Source of the DNA: Eubacteriales bacterium
GTDB taxonomy: Bacteria; Bacillota; Clostridia; Oscillospirales; SIG627
Direction: 5' to 3'
DNA length: 44,702 nt
Assembly (NCBI GenBank): GCA_045657125.1
Contig: JAZOSM010000084.1
Coordinates: 1 to 44,702 of the forward strand
A program made the translations under genes and the position numbers. Below, piece by piece: positions 16,037 to 27,400 of the stretch; position 1 is the stretch's first letter, and the number at the start of each line of letters is the position of its first letter. The notes under the pieces are model-generated. The model made no database searches. It was not told the DNA's origin and worked only from the letters and a program-made list of their open reading frames with translations.

Positions 16037-16624
16037 CTAAAAAATTGATTTTAACACTTCAATACATTTTTTGTGTAATTCTTCTTGTGTTCCGTTGTTT
16101 TCTATTATTATGTTTGCGCGAGATTTTAATTCTTCATCAGAAATTTGATTGGAAATTCTTTTCTTTGCAACTTCGGGATCAATATTATCTCGTAATTTTA
16201 AACGACGGAATTTTACTTCGTCATCCGCTACAACGGCAATTACATAATCACAGCGTTGATCGAGATTTGCTTCAAACAGCATCGGTGCATCAATAACGCA
16301 CCCTTTAACGTTTTCTTTTTCCATCTGTTTGATGCTTTCTTCGAGTTGCTCTTTTACGTGCCGATGGGAGATTTCGTTTAATAGAAGCATTTTATTTCGA
16401 TCGTTATAAACAATCGCGGATAATTTTTTTCGGTCTAATTGCCCTGAAGAAATAACGTCTTTTCCAAAATGTTTTGCGATCTCATCCAGGCAAGTAGACG
16501 GAGCATCCACCAACCGATGATAGATTATATCGCAATCCAAAACAGGCAGATTATTTTCTTCAAAAAAACGACTGACGGTACTTTTTCCGGATCCGCTGTT
16601 ACCGCAAATACCAATAATTTTCAT
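16037..16624 (-). CDS. coaE: dephospho-CoA kinase
   Basis: P-loop GICGNSGSGKST; length and CoaE pattern fit. Confidence 0.9.
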   Translation of the reverse strand: MKIIGICGNSGSGKSTVSRFFEENNLPVLDCDIIYHRLVDAPSTCLDEIAKHFGKDVISSGQLDRKKLSAIVYNDRNKMLLLNEISHRHVKEQLEESIKQMEKENVKGCVIDAPMLFEANLDQRCDYVIAVVADDEVKFRRLKLRDNIDPEVAKKRISNQISDEELKSRANIIIENNGTQEELHKKCIEVLKSIF

Positions 16625-16627
16625 AAA

Positions 16628-17677
16628 TTAAACCTCAATGGAATGAAAAGCGCACGCGCGGAGCAATCGATTGGAAATCGCAAGTCCAAGATCGTCCTGC
16701 TTGGTCTGTCTTGTATAGATTTGAGGAACGGAAACGGAGTCAAACTTTCTCAGAGCATCGAACAATCCCGAGGCCTGTGAAAGCAGATCGTCTTTTGAAC
16801 CGAAAGAAATGATGTTTTGATCGAAGCCTTTTCCTCTCAAAAACTCTAAATCTTCCTCAAAACAAAGAATACCGCATCCTTCACTAATTTTTTCAATGAA
16901 AAATTCAATCACACGATCCTCTGATCCAAACACCATTGTAACAGGAGATTTGGGGGCGTAATGACGGTATTTCATTCCCGGAGACTCCGCTTTTTGATCT
17001 TGCTGTAATGCAGACAAAACCGCATCTGAAACGATCACATGATCAGTTACCGATTTCAGATCTTCAAGAGTAACAAAACCGGGGCGCAACAGACGAATCT
17101 GATCACCGTCCAGAGAAATAACGGTAGATTCCAAACCGACTTCACTTTCGCCGCCGTCAAGAATCATGGGAATTCTGCCACTCATATCCTCAATGACGTG
17201 ATTTGCCTCCGTGGGGCTTGGGCGTCCCGATAGATTTGCCGAAGGAGCCGCAATGGGGCGTCCGGAGACACGTATCAAAGCTCTCGCAACCGGATGCGAC
17301 GGACAGCGGAGTGCTACCGTCGAAAGACCGACCGTAACCTCATCCGGGATAACATCCTTTTTTTTCAATATAACAGTCAAAGGTCCCGGCATAAAGCGAC
17401 GAGCAAGTTCATTTAATAAAGGCTGATTTTCAGTGTAAGCATAGTCGGAAAAATCGGCGGGAGATAATACGTGAACAATTAAAGGGTTATCCCGCGGACG
17501 CATTTTAGCATCGAAAACCTTATTACAGGCTTCCGCATCCAAAGCGTTTGCACCAAGTCCGTAAACAGTTTCCGTTGGGAAAGCAACCAGATCACCTGCT
17601 CGAATAATCTCTCCCGCGTTTTGCAAAGAAGAATCTTCAAAGCAATTGGGATCAATTTTTAAAATTTCTGTTTTCAT
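16628..17677 (-). CDS. tsaC: L-threonylcarbamoyladenylate synthase (Sua5/YwlC type)
   Basis: YrdC domain ([25 protein letters not shown]) plus a Sua5 C-terminal domain. Confidence 0.9.
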   Translation of the reverse strand: MKTEILKIDPNCFEDSSLQNAGEIIRAGDLVAFPTETVYGLGANALDAEACNKVFDAKMRPRDNPLIVHVLSPADFSDYAYTENQPLLNELARRFMPGPLTVILKKKDVIPDEVTVGLSTVALRCPSHPVARALIRVSGRPIAAPSANLSGRPSPTEANHVIEDMSGRIPMILDGGESEVGLESTVISLDGDQIRLLRPGFVTLEDLKSVTDHVIVSDAVLSALQQDQKAESPGMKYRHYAPKSPVTMVFGSEDRVIEFFIEKISEGCGILCFEEDLEFLRGKGFDQNIISFGSKDDLLSQASGLFDALRKFDSVSVPQIYTRQTKQDDLGLAISNRLLRACAFHSIEV

Positions 17678-18747
17678 GAAATATCACCGTTTTCAAGCTG
17701 CTCCATTCTTTCGGCAGTCGTCAATGCTTCCACTAGTTCGTCAAGTTTTCCGTTAAGAATATTATCGATGGAATGAAGCGTCAACGAAATTCTGTGGTCA
17801 CTGACACGGCCTTGAGGATAGTTATAAGTTCTGATACGTTCGCTTCGATCGCCTGAACCAATCTGACTTTTTCTTGCATTTGAAATTTCAGTCGCTTGTT
17901 TTTCCAATTCAAGCTTATGAATTTTTGAACGAAGAACCTTCATTGCTTTTTCTCGATTCTTCAATTGACTTCTTTCGTCCTGGCATTCTACGATAATGCC
18001 TGTTGGCTTGTGAAGAATTCGAATTGCGGAGTCTGTTTTGTTGACGTGCTGACCGCCTGCACCACTTGCTCGGTGGGTATCGATTTCCAGGTCCTGCGGA
18101 TTGATGGTAACCTCAACGTCTTCCGCTTCGGGAAGAACGGCTACGGTAACGGTAGAGGTTTGAATTCGGCCTTGAGATTCAGTTTCGGGAACTCGCTGAA
18201 CGCGATGAACGCCGCTCTCAAATTTCAATTTGGAATATGCACCGTCGCCTTCGATCATAAAGGAGATTTCTTTATATCCGCCAAGCTCGGTCTCGTTGCA
18301 ACCGATAATCTCGCTTTTCCAACCGTTGTTTTGTGCATACATTGTATACATACGATATAAAACACCCGAAAAAAGCGCAGCCTCTTCCCCACCGGCGCCT
18401 GCACGAATTTCCATAATAACGTTTTTATCGTCATTGGGATCCTTAGGCAGCAAGAGGATTTTGATTTCATTCAACAAACGGGCTTCTTCAGCTTTTGCTT
18501 CTTCAAGCTCTTCCTGCGCAAGAAGAACCATTTCTTCATCAGGCTTTTCTGCAAGAATTTCCGCCGCGTCTTTTTGGCGCTCAACCGAATTTGTCAATGC
18601 GCGGTAGGCTTCGATAATAGGGGTAAGATTTTTATAATCCTTCATAAGCTGCGTATATTTTGCTGTAGATGAGACGACCTCGGGATCTCCGAGCATTTTT
18701 TCAATTTCAAGATATCGCAGCTCAGCGTTTTTCAATTTATCAATCAT
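17674..18747 (-). CDS. prfA: peptide chain release factor 1
   Basis: PET (PxT) motif [10 protein letters not shown] and GGQ ([11 protein letters not shown]). Confidence 0.93.
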   Translation of the reverse strand: MIDKLKNAELRYLEIEKMLGDPEVVSSTAKYTQLMKDYKNLTPIIEAYRALTNSVERQKDAAEILAEKPDEEMVLLAQEELEEAKAEEARLLNEIKILLLPKDPNDDKNVIMEIRAGAGGEEAALFSGVLYRMYTMYAQNNGWKSEIIGCNETELGGYKEISFMIEGDGAYSKLKFESGVHRVQRVPETESQGRIQTSTVTVAVLPEAEDVEVTINPQDLEIDTHRASGAGGQHVNKTDSAIRILHKPTGIIVECQDERSQLKNREKAMKVLRSKIHKLELEKQATEISNARKSQIGSGDRSERIRTYNYPQGRVSDHRISLTLHSIDNILNGKLDELVEALTTAERMEQLENGDIS

Positions 18748-18956
18748 AGCTGTTTTTTGATCACTCTCTTAATGTTTTTTTCAAGCTTTACACGAGGCAA
18801 AACCATTTCACGACCACAAGTTTCGCAACGGACTTTTACGTCGCTTCCTGCGAATAACACGTGAAAAAGAATTCCGCCGCATGGGTGCTTCTTTTTCAGT
18901 TCTAAAATGTCTCCGGAAGAAAAATTGTAAATCATATTATCAAAAAAAACGTGCAA
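18744..18956 (-). CDS. DUF951-family small protein (start may be the ATG at 18935)
   Basis: [14 protein letters not shown]...[13 protein letters not shown] pattern. Confidence 0.7.
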   Translation of the reverse strand: MHVFFDNMIYNFSSGDILELKKKHPCGGILFHVLFAGSDVKVRCETCGREMVLPRVKLEKNIKRVIKKQL

Positions 18957-18991
18957 AATTACTCATTGAGTTCTTTTGCACGAAATCCATA

Positions 18992-19267
18992 TTATTTTTT
19001 CAGTTCTTTTTCAAGCCAGACCTTACCAAAGTCCAAAGCTTCATAAAGACCATATTTTTCTGACTGCTTCAAAACTTCACCCGTTTTTGTATCCTGCACC
19101 TGAACAAAAATCATATCGGGGATTTCCTTCCCGTGAAAATCCTTGGTCGTAAGGACGGTGAGAACCAAGACAGCCTTTTTAGAAGGATTACCGTAGCAAA
19201 TAATGTTGCCGTTTTTAACCAAAGGTTTGCCGCAATAAGTCGTATATTCCGTAATTTCTTTTGCCAT
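18992..19267 (-). CDS. hypothetical protein (91 aa)
   Basis: ATG preceded by AAAGG and non-repetitive sequence. No family recognised. Confidence 0.5.
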   Translation of the reverse strand: MAKEITEYTTYCGKPLVKNGNIICYGNPSKKAVLVLTVLTTKDFHGKEIPDMIFVQVQDTKTGEVLKQSEKYGLYEALDFGKVWLEKELKK

Positions 19268-19281
19268 TTGTATTAACCTTT

Positions 19282-19539
19282 CTAGATATTCAAATAACTT
19301 TTCAAGAGATGGCGCAACAACTCGTCACGCTCGATCTTTGCAATTAAAGTGCGAGCGTTGTTATAGTTGGTAATATACGTAGGATCTTCAGTCAGGATAT
19401 AACCTACGAGTTGATTCAAAGGATTGTAGCCTTTTTCAATCAAAGCTTCGTACACAGTGGCAAGAGTCTTGTGAACAAGATCCTCTTCTTCTTTGGTGAT
19501 CTTGTAAGTAATTGTTTTTTCCTTATCGAATCCGAGCAT
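19282..19539 (-). CDS. ireB: IreB-family regulatory phosphoprotein (UPF0297)
   Basis: 85 aa with [39 protein letters not shown]. Confidence 0.8.
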   Translation of the reverse strand: MLGFDKEKTITYKITKEEEDLVHKTLATVYEALIEKGYNPLNQLVGYILTEDPTYITNYNNARTLIAKIERDELLRHLLKSYLNI

Positions 19540-19574
19540 AATACCTCCTTATGTGCTTGCACAATAAAAAACTT

Positions 19575-19944
19575 ACTTATGACTAGGCTTGTAAGCCGGG
19601 TTCTGTAATGCATATCTGCACCGGCGATCATCTATCTGGGACAGAAATCTCTTTCTGCCTCTAGCCACCTATAAAACTGCCTGGCTAGCATTGACCTTGC
19701 GGTCTGTTTTGTATGCGGTGTTGCTTCGGATAGGGTTTACAGGGCCTCTATGTTACCATAAAGGTCGGTGAGCTCTTACCTCGCCTTTTCACCCTTACCG
19801 GTTACCCGGCGGTATCTCTCTGTTGCACTTTCCCTAAAGTCACCTTCGGCGGACGTTATCCGTTATCCTTGCCATGTGAAGCCCGGACTTTCCTCACTTT
19901 GGTTCTTTCGAAATCAAAGCGTAATCGCCCCACCTAGTCATATT
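19575..19944 (-). ncRNA. rnpB: RNase P RNA
   Basis: On the - strand: P4 strands GAGGAAAGTCCGGGCTTC (19878-19897 region) and ACAGAACCCGGCTTA (near 19590-19605). P1 pairs TATGACTAGG with CCTAGTCATA. A consensus promoter lies just upstream. Confidence 0.85.
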
Positions 19945-19950
19945 GGTTAT

Positions 19951-19979
19951 ATTATAACCGATAAATATATTTTTGTCAA
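19951..19979 (-). promoter_or_regulatory. consensus sigma-A promoter of rnpB
   Basis: On the - strand: TTGACA, 17-nt spacer, TATAAT. The predicted +1 coincides with the P1 5' end. Confidence 0.65.
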
Positions 19980-20047
19980 ACATATTGAATAATTATTTTA
20001 AATTCGTTATAATTAACCTGTTATTTACAGTGAAGGAGTTTTATTTT

Positions 20048-21448
20048 ATGGAAAAAGGTTATCTCGCTTTGTGCAATTTTGTAAAAAACAAGAGCATTTC
20101 TTTGATTGGTGCAGGTGTTTCAAACGTTCCTCTCGTAGCGTATTTATATGAATGCGGTGCAAGCCGCGTTACCGTACGCGATCTGAAAAAGAAAATGGAC
20201 GACGTAGAAATTAAAACCGTTCTTGAAAATAAGGGCTTTGTTTTCTTAGGCGAAAAATATTTGGACAATCTCAATGAAGATATCGTAATTCGCTCCCCCG
20301 GCATCAGACCCGATCACCCAGCATTTCTAAAAGCGGTTGAAAACGGATCGTATTTAACCTGTGAAACGGAGCTTTTCTTACGCTTTGTTCCTTGTAAAAC
20401 CATTGCGATTACCGGTAGTGACGGAAAAACAACGACTACCACTTTGACAGCGAAAATTCTTGAAAAAAATGGTTTCCGTGTCTTTTTGGGCGGAAACATC
20501 GGCAAATCTATGCTTCCTCAATTGAAAGAGATCACCCATTTGAATTGCATCAGTGTTATGGAGCTTTCCAGTTTTCAGCTTATGAACTGCAGATATAGCC
20601 CCGATGTTTCCATTATTACCAATCTTTCTGAAAATCATTTAGATTGGCATCGCGATATGGATGAGTATCTCGAAGCAAAGAAAAACATCTTAAAGCATCA
20701 AACCGAAAATTCCCGTTCCGTATTAAATTTGGACAACCATTACACTGCCGCCGCAAAAGCAAACGGCACTTGTTGTTATTTTACCCGCAATCCCGAGAAG
20801 ATTTGCCGCGATATGAAAGAGGTTGTCTATTGTGACGACAAAAATATTTATTATCGCTCCGGTAATATTACAACAACCGTTTTGGCTCTTTCCGACATTC
20901 TTTTGCCCGGAACGCACAACATTGAAAACTATATGGCAGCCATCGCGGCTACGATCAAGCTTGTTCAAAACAATGCGATTCTTGAAATTGCCAAAACGTT
21001 TGGCGGTGTAGAACACCGAATTGAACTTTGCAGAATTTTAAACGGTGTAAAATATTACAACAGCTCCATCGACTCCTCTCCTTCACGTTCCACCGCTGCC
21101 CTTCGCGCATTTACTCAAAAAGTAATTATGATTGCGGGCGGTTATGATAAAAATCTGGATTATACCGCTTTGGGTGATGAAATTTGCGAGCACGTAAAAG
21201 TTTTGATCCTCTGTGGCGCTACTTCTACCAAAATCAAGAATGCCGTTCTGGCATCGAAACTGTACGATTCCTCTGCTCTTAAAATCATCGATTGTCCCGA
21301 ATTTAATCAGACGGCAGCTGTTGCACAAGAATCAGCCAATGACGGAGATATTGTAATCCTCTCCCCCGCAAGTGCAAGTTTTGATCTGTTTAAAAATTTT
21401 GAAGAACGCGGAAAACTGTTTAAAAAATTAGTCTCGGAGTTAAAATGA
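20048..21448 (+). CDS. murD: UDP-N-acetylmuramoylalanine--D-glutamate ligase
   Basis: Mur ligase P-loop ITGSDGKTTTT and MurD-type N-terminus. ATG at 20048 follows AAGGAG. Confidence 0.9.
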   Translation: MEKGYLALCNFVKNKSISLIGAGVSNVPLVAYLYECGASRVTVRDLKKKMDDVEIKTVLENKGFVFLGEKYLDNLNEDIVIRSPGIRPDHPAFLKAVENGSYLTCETELFLRFVPCKTIAITGSDGKTTTTTLTAKILEKNGFRVFLGGNIGKSMLPQLKEITHLNCISVMELSSFQLMNCRYSPDVSIITNLSENHLDWHRDMDEYLEAKKNILKHQTENSRSVLNLDNHYTAAAKANGTCCYFTRNPEKICRDMKEVVYCDDKNIYYRSGNITTTVLALSDILLPGTHNIENYMAAIAATIKLVQNNAILEIAKTFGGVEHRIELCRILNGVKYYNSSIDSSPSRSTAALRAFTQKVIMIAGGYDKNLDYTALGDEICEHVKVLILCGATSTKIKNAVLASKLYDSSALKIIDCPEFNQTAAVAQESANDGDIVILSPASASFDLFKNFEERGKLFKKLVSELK

Positions 21449-22497
21449 GCCATTTTTTAAAAACGCTTGAATCCCTCAGGGAACATTGCTACGTTACCGG
21501 GAATGAAATCACATATTCACACAAAGAAATCCCTGCAATATTTGCAAAACATCATGCTGAAATTGATGATTTCGGCAATTTATCTATTATCAAAAAGTCC
21601 AAAAATCCAAATGCCAAAAACATCCTGATCGAAGCGCATTTGGATGAAATCGGATTTTGTATAAAAGAAATCACAAAAAATGGATTTCTTGCTGTTTCTC
21701 CTTGCGGTGGTTTTGATTCCAACATTATACCGGGAACTGAATTTTTCGTTCACTCTAAAGAAAAATATAAAGCAATAGCGGGCTCTATACCTCCCCATTT
21801 GCTTAAAAAAGAAGAAAACGGCAAAAAAAATTCCTTTGATAACATCTATTTGGATTGCGGTTTTTCCTCAAAAGAAGAAGCTGAAAAAAGTGTTTCCCTT
21901 GGTGATCCCATAACCTTTGCTTCGCCTGTTTTAAAACTTTTAAACGGTAAATTTTGTTGTCCGTCTTTGGATAACAAAGCGGCTGTCATCGCTCTGCTTG
22001 AAACGTGCGAAAAAGTACAAACAAACAATCATTTGCACTTTTTGTTTACCGTTGGCGAGGAATCTACTTCTCGTGGCGTAAAATGCGCAAATTTTAATGA
22101 AAAATTTGATTTTGCTCTCGTTGTAGACGCAGGCTTTGCCAAGACAAAAGGATTGAATGAAGATCAGTGTATTCTTATGGATCACGGACCTTCCGTTTCT
22201 ATTGCCGATACCCTCACCCGTGACGTTGCCTTTTGGATTTCCGGCGTTGCCAAAGACAAAAAAATGGATTTGCAAATTGTTGTCGAGCCCGGTGGCACGG
22301 GAACTAGTGCAACGGCGCTTCAGCTTCGAAATCACGGAATTCCCTGCGCTTTAATTTCAATTCCCATTAAAAATATGCACACTGCATCGGAAATCGTGTC
22401 TGAAAAAGACATCGAAAAAACGGTAAATTTGCTTTGCTGTTTGCTTGAGCATACCGATATAAAATTCGGGGAGGTGAATATAATTGAATCAAAATGA
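21445..22497 (+). CDS. M42-family metallopeptidase (paralog 1)
   Basis: Metal-ligand motifs are present: EAHLDEIGF, SLDNK, VGEES, VVDAG, NMHT. ATGA overlap with murD. Confidence 0.85.
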   Translation: MSHFLKTLESLREHCYVTGNEITYSHKEIPAIFAKHHAEIDDFGNLSIIKKSKNPNAKNILIEAHLDEIGFCIKEITKNGFLAVSPCGGFDSNIIPGTEFFVHSKEKYKAIAGSIPPHLLKKEENGKKNSFDNIYLDCGFSSKEEAEKSVSLGDPITFASPVLKLLNGKFCCPSLDNKAAVIALLETCEKVQTNNHLHFLFTVGEESTSRGVKCANFNEKFDFALVVDAGFAKTKGLNEDQCILMDHGPSVSIADTLTRDVAFWISGVAKDKKMDLQIVVEPGGTGTSATALQLRNHGIPCALISIPIKNMHTASEIVSEKDIEKTVNLLCCLLEHTDIKFGEVNIIESK

Positions 22498-23515
22498 TTT
22501 TGATTATTTAAAAAAACTGACCGAATCTTTTGGACCGTCCGGTGCAGAAAAGGCAACACGAGATTTGATTATTGAAAAAATCAAATCCCACGTAACCACC
22601 CTGAAAATTGATTCCTTAGGAAATCTGATTGCCACAAAAGGAAACGGTGGAAATCTTGTAATTTCTGCACACATGGATGAAGTTGCTTTGACAGTTACAG
22701 GGTATAACGAAGACGGAACACTTCGCTTTGCGGCAGTAGGTGGAATCAACCCTGCTCCCCTTCCCTCAAAACGCGTATACTTTCCCGAAAAAGATATTTT
22801 CGGCGTAATCGGTGCAAAACCGATCCATATGAATCGGGATCAAAAACAAACACTTGACTTTTCCGATCTCTATATTGATATCGGTGCCGACAACAGAGAG
22901 GAGACTAAGGAAAGAATATTCAAGGGTGATCTTGCAATTTTTGCAACAAAAACCGAGAGACTGAATTCAAATGCCATTTGCGGAAAGGCAATAGACGACC
23001 GTTTGGGTTGTTTTATTCTCTGTAATCTTATCTGCGATCCCGAAATTTCTGACGCTACGTTTGTGTTTTCCGTCCAAGAGGAAGTTGGATTGCTTGGCGC
23101 GGCTTGTTTTGCATCAAACAACACCTTTGATTTCGGAATCGCTTTGGATGTTACCACTCCCAACGATTTACCGAATATTGAAGGACCTGCAAAGGTATGC
23201 GAGCTTGGAAAAGGACCCGTTATATCTTTTGCTGACGGACGATGCGTTTATGATGCGAATTTGATTTCCAAGGTTTTCTCACTCCTTGATAAAAAAGATA
23301 TCCCTTGTCAGACCAAAGCAATGCGTACAGGCGGAAACGAAGCATCTTCATTTTTGAACGAAGGTTGTGGTATGGCATCAATTTCTATTTCTACCCCGTG
23401 CCGATATATTCACGGACCGGTCGGAGTTGTGTGGGAAAGTGATATAGAGCAAACGGAAAAAGCGATTCGTGTAATTTTGCAAGAGATACAGATCGGAGGG
23501 CTTCGAAATGCTTGA
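22484..23515 (+). CDS. M42-family metallopeptidase (paralog 2)
   Basis: SAHMDEV, IDDRLG, VQEEVG, ALDVT, YIHGP. Confidence 0.85.
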   Translation: MNQNDFDYLKKLTESFGPSGAEKATRDLIIEKIKSHVTTLKIDSLGNLIATKGNGGNLVISAHMDEVALTVTGYNEDGTLRFAAVGGINPAPLPSKRVYFPEKDIFGVIGAKPIHMNRDQKQTLDFSDLYIDIGADNREETKERIFKGDLAIFATKTERLNSNAICGKAIDDRLGCFILCNLICDPEISDATFVFSVQEEVGLLGAACFASNNTFDFGIALDVTTPNDLPNIEGPAKVCELGKGPVISFADGRCVYDANLISKVFSLLDKKDIPCQTKAMRTGGNEASSFLNEGCGMASISISTPCRYIHGPVGVVWESDIEQTEKAIRVILQEIQIGGLRNA

Positions 23516-24395
23516 TCTTTTAAAACAAATTTCGTCACTCCCCTGTGTCAACGGTTCTGAATTTCTTCTTGCAAAGTTCATCAAAGATTACTTTGTCCAA
23601 AAGGGATTTTGGGGATACATTGATCCTCTCGGAAACGTAATTGTAAAAAAAACATCGGACTCTATTCCAAGCCACGTGATTTTTACAGCAATGGATTCTC
23701 CCGGCTTTACTTGTCTCTATCGGGAAGATACCTTATGTTACCTGACACCAACTGCGGCATCGATAAAAGAATTGAAAGATATAGACACGGTGCTGGATTA
23801 CAAAGGAAATCGATGTTCTCTTTTAGAATCGAAATATGACAAAAACGCATTTTGTATCGAAAATTCCGAAGTAAAACTTGGAAGTGCATTTTCTATTCAA
23901 AACAAGATTGAGATTGAGAGCGATGTAATTACCGGAAGATTTGCAGGACGATTCGCTTGCTTGGCTGTTTTAATCAAATTTGCTGAACAATTCTCGGGAA
24001 ACGACATTGCTTTTTGCTTTACAAGCGGCTTCAATACCGGATACAAATCGGAATCAACTGTTTTGAATCGGTTGCAAGCAAGGAATGCCGTATTACTGGG
24101 CTTTGCCGAATCAGAAAACTCTGATCCTATTCTCTGCATTAAGGACGGAAAGCATTTTTCCTCAAAAAAACTGTTAAACTCTGTTATTCAGTTTTCCAAT
24201 AACAACAAAATTGATTTCAATCCAATGGTTTCGGATAAAGCAATCAGCGCATCCGAACGACTGTTTTCCCCATTTACACCAAACGTTCTTTCTATGGCGA
24301 TCCCCTGCAAAAATCCTTTAAAAACAGATGAAAGCGTAGTTTTCGACTCTATGAAAAAAACGTTTGAGATTCTATCATATTTCAATATAAATTAA
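23508..24395 (+). CDS. M42-like protein with eroded metal ligands (pseudo-peptidase paralog 3)
   Basis: Collinear with paralogs 1 and 2, but the ligand positions read TAMDS, FAGRF, TSGFN, LLGFA and KNPLK. Confidence 0.7.
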   Translation: MLDLLKQISSLPCVNGSEFLLAKFIKDYFVQKGFWGYIDPLGNVIVKKTSDSIPSHVIFTAMDSPGFTCLYREDTLCYLTPTAASIKELKDIDTVLDYKGNRCSLLESKYDKNAFCIENSEVKLGSAFSIQNKIEIESDVITGRFAGRFACLAVLIKFAEQFSGNDIAFCFTSGFNTGYKSESTVLNRLQARNAVLLGFAESENSDPILCIKDGKHFSSKKLLNSVIQFSNNNKIDFNPMVSDKAISASERLFSPFTPNVLSMAIPCKNPLKTDESVVFDSMKKTFEILSYFNIN

Positions 24396-24418
24396 AGAGA
24401 CGTCTTTGACGTCTCTTT
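24394..24418. terminator. hairpin between convergent genes
   Basis: 11-bp stem AAAGAGACGTC / GACGTCTCTTT. Only short flanking A and T runs. Confidence 0.5.
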
Positions 24419-24421
24419 AAT

Positions 24422-27400
24422 TTATTCACGGGAATCTTTTTCAATTTCCTTCCACTTTTCAAGTAACTGTAAATACCAGGAAGCCGCGCCAGTATACCAG
24501 CTCCACCCGCCGTGACCGCGAAAACCTTTTGCAGCATAAATATCTCCGCACAATACATAGGGCTCTCTTTGATATCGCTCAAACAGTTCTCTTTTTACGT
24601 TGATCGTCGGATCGAGAATCTCAGTTAATGTCCGCGCTTTTTTAATCAATTGATCATCTTTTAATTCTTTTCCGAAATCAAGCATTGCCATAGCAAACCA
24701 AACGGCAGCGTGGGTGTATTGACCACCGTTTTCTCTGACACCTGCACAATATCTCTGAATATACCCGGGTGAAGGCTCGGTATTTACAAAAGGCTTATCA
24801 AAAAGTTTTATGATTCGATGTTTGGAATCCACAAGAATTTCGAAAGCGGCATTTAATGAGCTTAGAACCATCTCATTGTCCAATTTGTGCTTTGTCTCGC
24901 GAAATTCAAGATTATAAAACGCAGCGAAGGCTTGCGTTATCAAGTCGATACTGCATTCCGATTGAAGCAGTCTGTCATTTCCGAGCACCTGACCGTTTCT
25001 TCTGTGAGCACGAACAAACCACGAACCGTTGAAAGATTTTTCCAATCCGCTTTTCAGTTTGCCAAGCACACACTCAATTTCTGCTTGTGTTTGCATGGAA
25101 AGATGTTTTTTCACGCGGTTCAAACAAATTGCCGAGAAGAAAGCGAGCCAAACACTATCTCCCTCAACCGAATTCATACCGTCATTCCAATCTCCGATTC
25201 CGATATCAGGCAGATTGTTTTCACCTAGTCCTTTTGACAGAAACAGCTTTGCGGCTTTCTCCAAATGCACAAGCATACTTTCACTTTTTCCGCGACACGT
25301 TGAAATATATTTTTCCTTTTCACATTCGTTTAGTTCTTCGCCAATTAAGAAAGGAATTTCAACGTTTAAAATTGAATCATCGCCCGTTTGATCCATATAT
25401 ACGGTGACACCGTAAATTAACCAAAGATAATCATCGCTGCACCTTGTTCTGACACCGGGATCCCATTTTTCTTCGTTTCTGATTGTATGCCACCAATGCA
25501 AAACGTCACCTTCTTCAAACTGATGTGATGCACAACGAATCAAATGAACTCGCGTTCGTTGCGGATCATTTTTGATAAATGACAGACAATCTTGCAATTG
25601 ATCTCTGAACCCATAAGCTCCGCTGGACTGATAGAGCCCTGTTCTACCGTAAAATCGAGAATGAAGAACCTGATATTGCAACCAAAATTCCTGTAAGTTC
25701 ATTTTTTGCACACGATTCACAGACTTCTTGATATTGGAAAGAATCATTTCTTTCGCCCGTTCTTTTAGACCTCCTCTAATAAATTCCAGGTGGGTTTCAT
25801 TGGTATATCCGCCCAGGAAAAAGAAATTTTCTTCACCGGAATTCACAGCAAAACAAAGTCTGTTTTGTGATTTAAAACAAGAAGCCTTCTTGTCTAATGA
25901 GCTAAAAAACGATTTTCCGAAATAATCATCGTAAATAGCGGGAGAAATACGAAATACATCATCTTTCAAGTCCACAAATACGTTTTTATTTGCAAATTGC
26001 CCCAAGGATGGAACAAAAGAAAAGATCAATTTCGAATCTTTCAATTGGTTTGATAAAATGACTACAATACTTTTTGCTGAGAATTCTTTAATCAAAGTAG
26101 CAAAAACGGAATATTGCTCACCAAATATTTCACCTTCATAAATTGCCATCGAGGATTTATACGAGATATTCCGAGCAATTTGCAAAAGATCGTATTCAAT
26201 TCCGTCTTTTGATAAAAAGATTTTTTCTCCGTCATCACCGCTTGGCAAATTATCCCATCGGGATATTCTGTTTAATCCGGAATTTCTAAACCAAGTGAAC
26301 CCCAGCGAATTCTGATTACAAACAAAACCAATATTTGGCGCAGAAACAACGTGTGAAAACGGGACGTTTGGATTGAATTTTTCTTTTGAAATGACAAATC
26401 CATTGTTTTGAAATTTACCAACTTCATCAGCATCGGAAGAAAGATTGCTTGAACTTTTGAAAATCCGCATTTGTTTTTCTTTTATTTCATCCATCCCTAC
26501 AACATTTCCACGATAAACCAGCCGCGCCGAAACGGATTTCCAAAACTTAAGATCCATTTCTTCGCACACTACAAAATGAATTCCGGGGTGTTTGCCGATC
26601 AAAAATTCGCATTGAAGCTGCGACACGATATTGGATAGCGCTTCTCTTTTATGATCAAAGTAACCGCAGGATTTTTCGTGAAGAATTACAAAATCAAATA
26701 AATTTATTCCCGAAAGAACAAGTGCTTTAAATGCGGAAATATAAGATTTCAAACATTTCAAAGCAGTTTTGTCACTCGATTCCAAAAAAAGCGAAATAAT
26801 CTTTCGATCGCCCGAAATTCCATATTTCCATAATTGATTTTTTTGAGATGAATCAAAATCTGTTTGATAAAAATTTTCCGTTGCGTTTAAAAGCAAAAGC
26901 ATTTCATTCAAACAATTTAAAGAGTAACGATCTAAATGACAGGTCTCATGAAACCTTGATAATTTATGCAAAGAGATCTCCCGCATATTTTTGGAAAACT
27001 GATATGAACCGTCAAAAATTTCCTCAGAAAGCAAAGATGAATCGTTGTCAAAAGAAAACACGAGGGGAATTACAAGGCTTTCCGCCGATTCCAAATCAAA
27101 AATAATTTTCACATCGGAATCATAAAGCATTCGCCAATCAAAAGATTCACTTTCTTTAAAGTGAGAAAATTTTGTTTTAAACGGTTTCGACGAATAGATC
27201 AAAACAACATCGTGTTTTTCTGTGCCTCGGCGCCGCAAAATCAATTTATTTTCGCCCGCACACCCTTCCAGAGATAAATTGTGGAAGGCAGAATGCGCAC
27301 GATAAACCTCTAACGCTTGATATAGAAAGTGAAAATCAACCTCTACCCGACAATTCTCGGAAACACCGTTCACTTCCATTCGCATAAAAAAAGCATTTTT

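Noticed and set aside
19768-19992. 74-aa + strand ORF
   Set aside because: It lies antisense within the RNase P RNA gene and its promoter.
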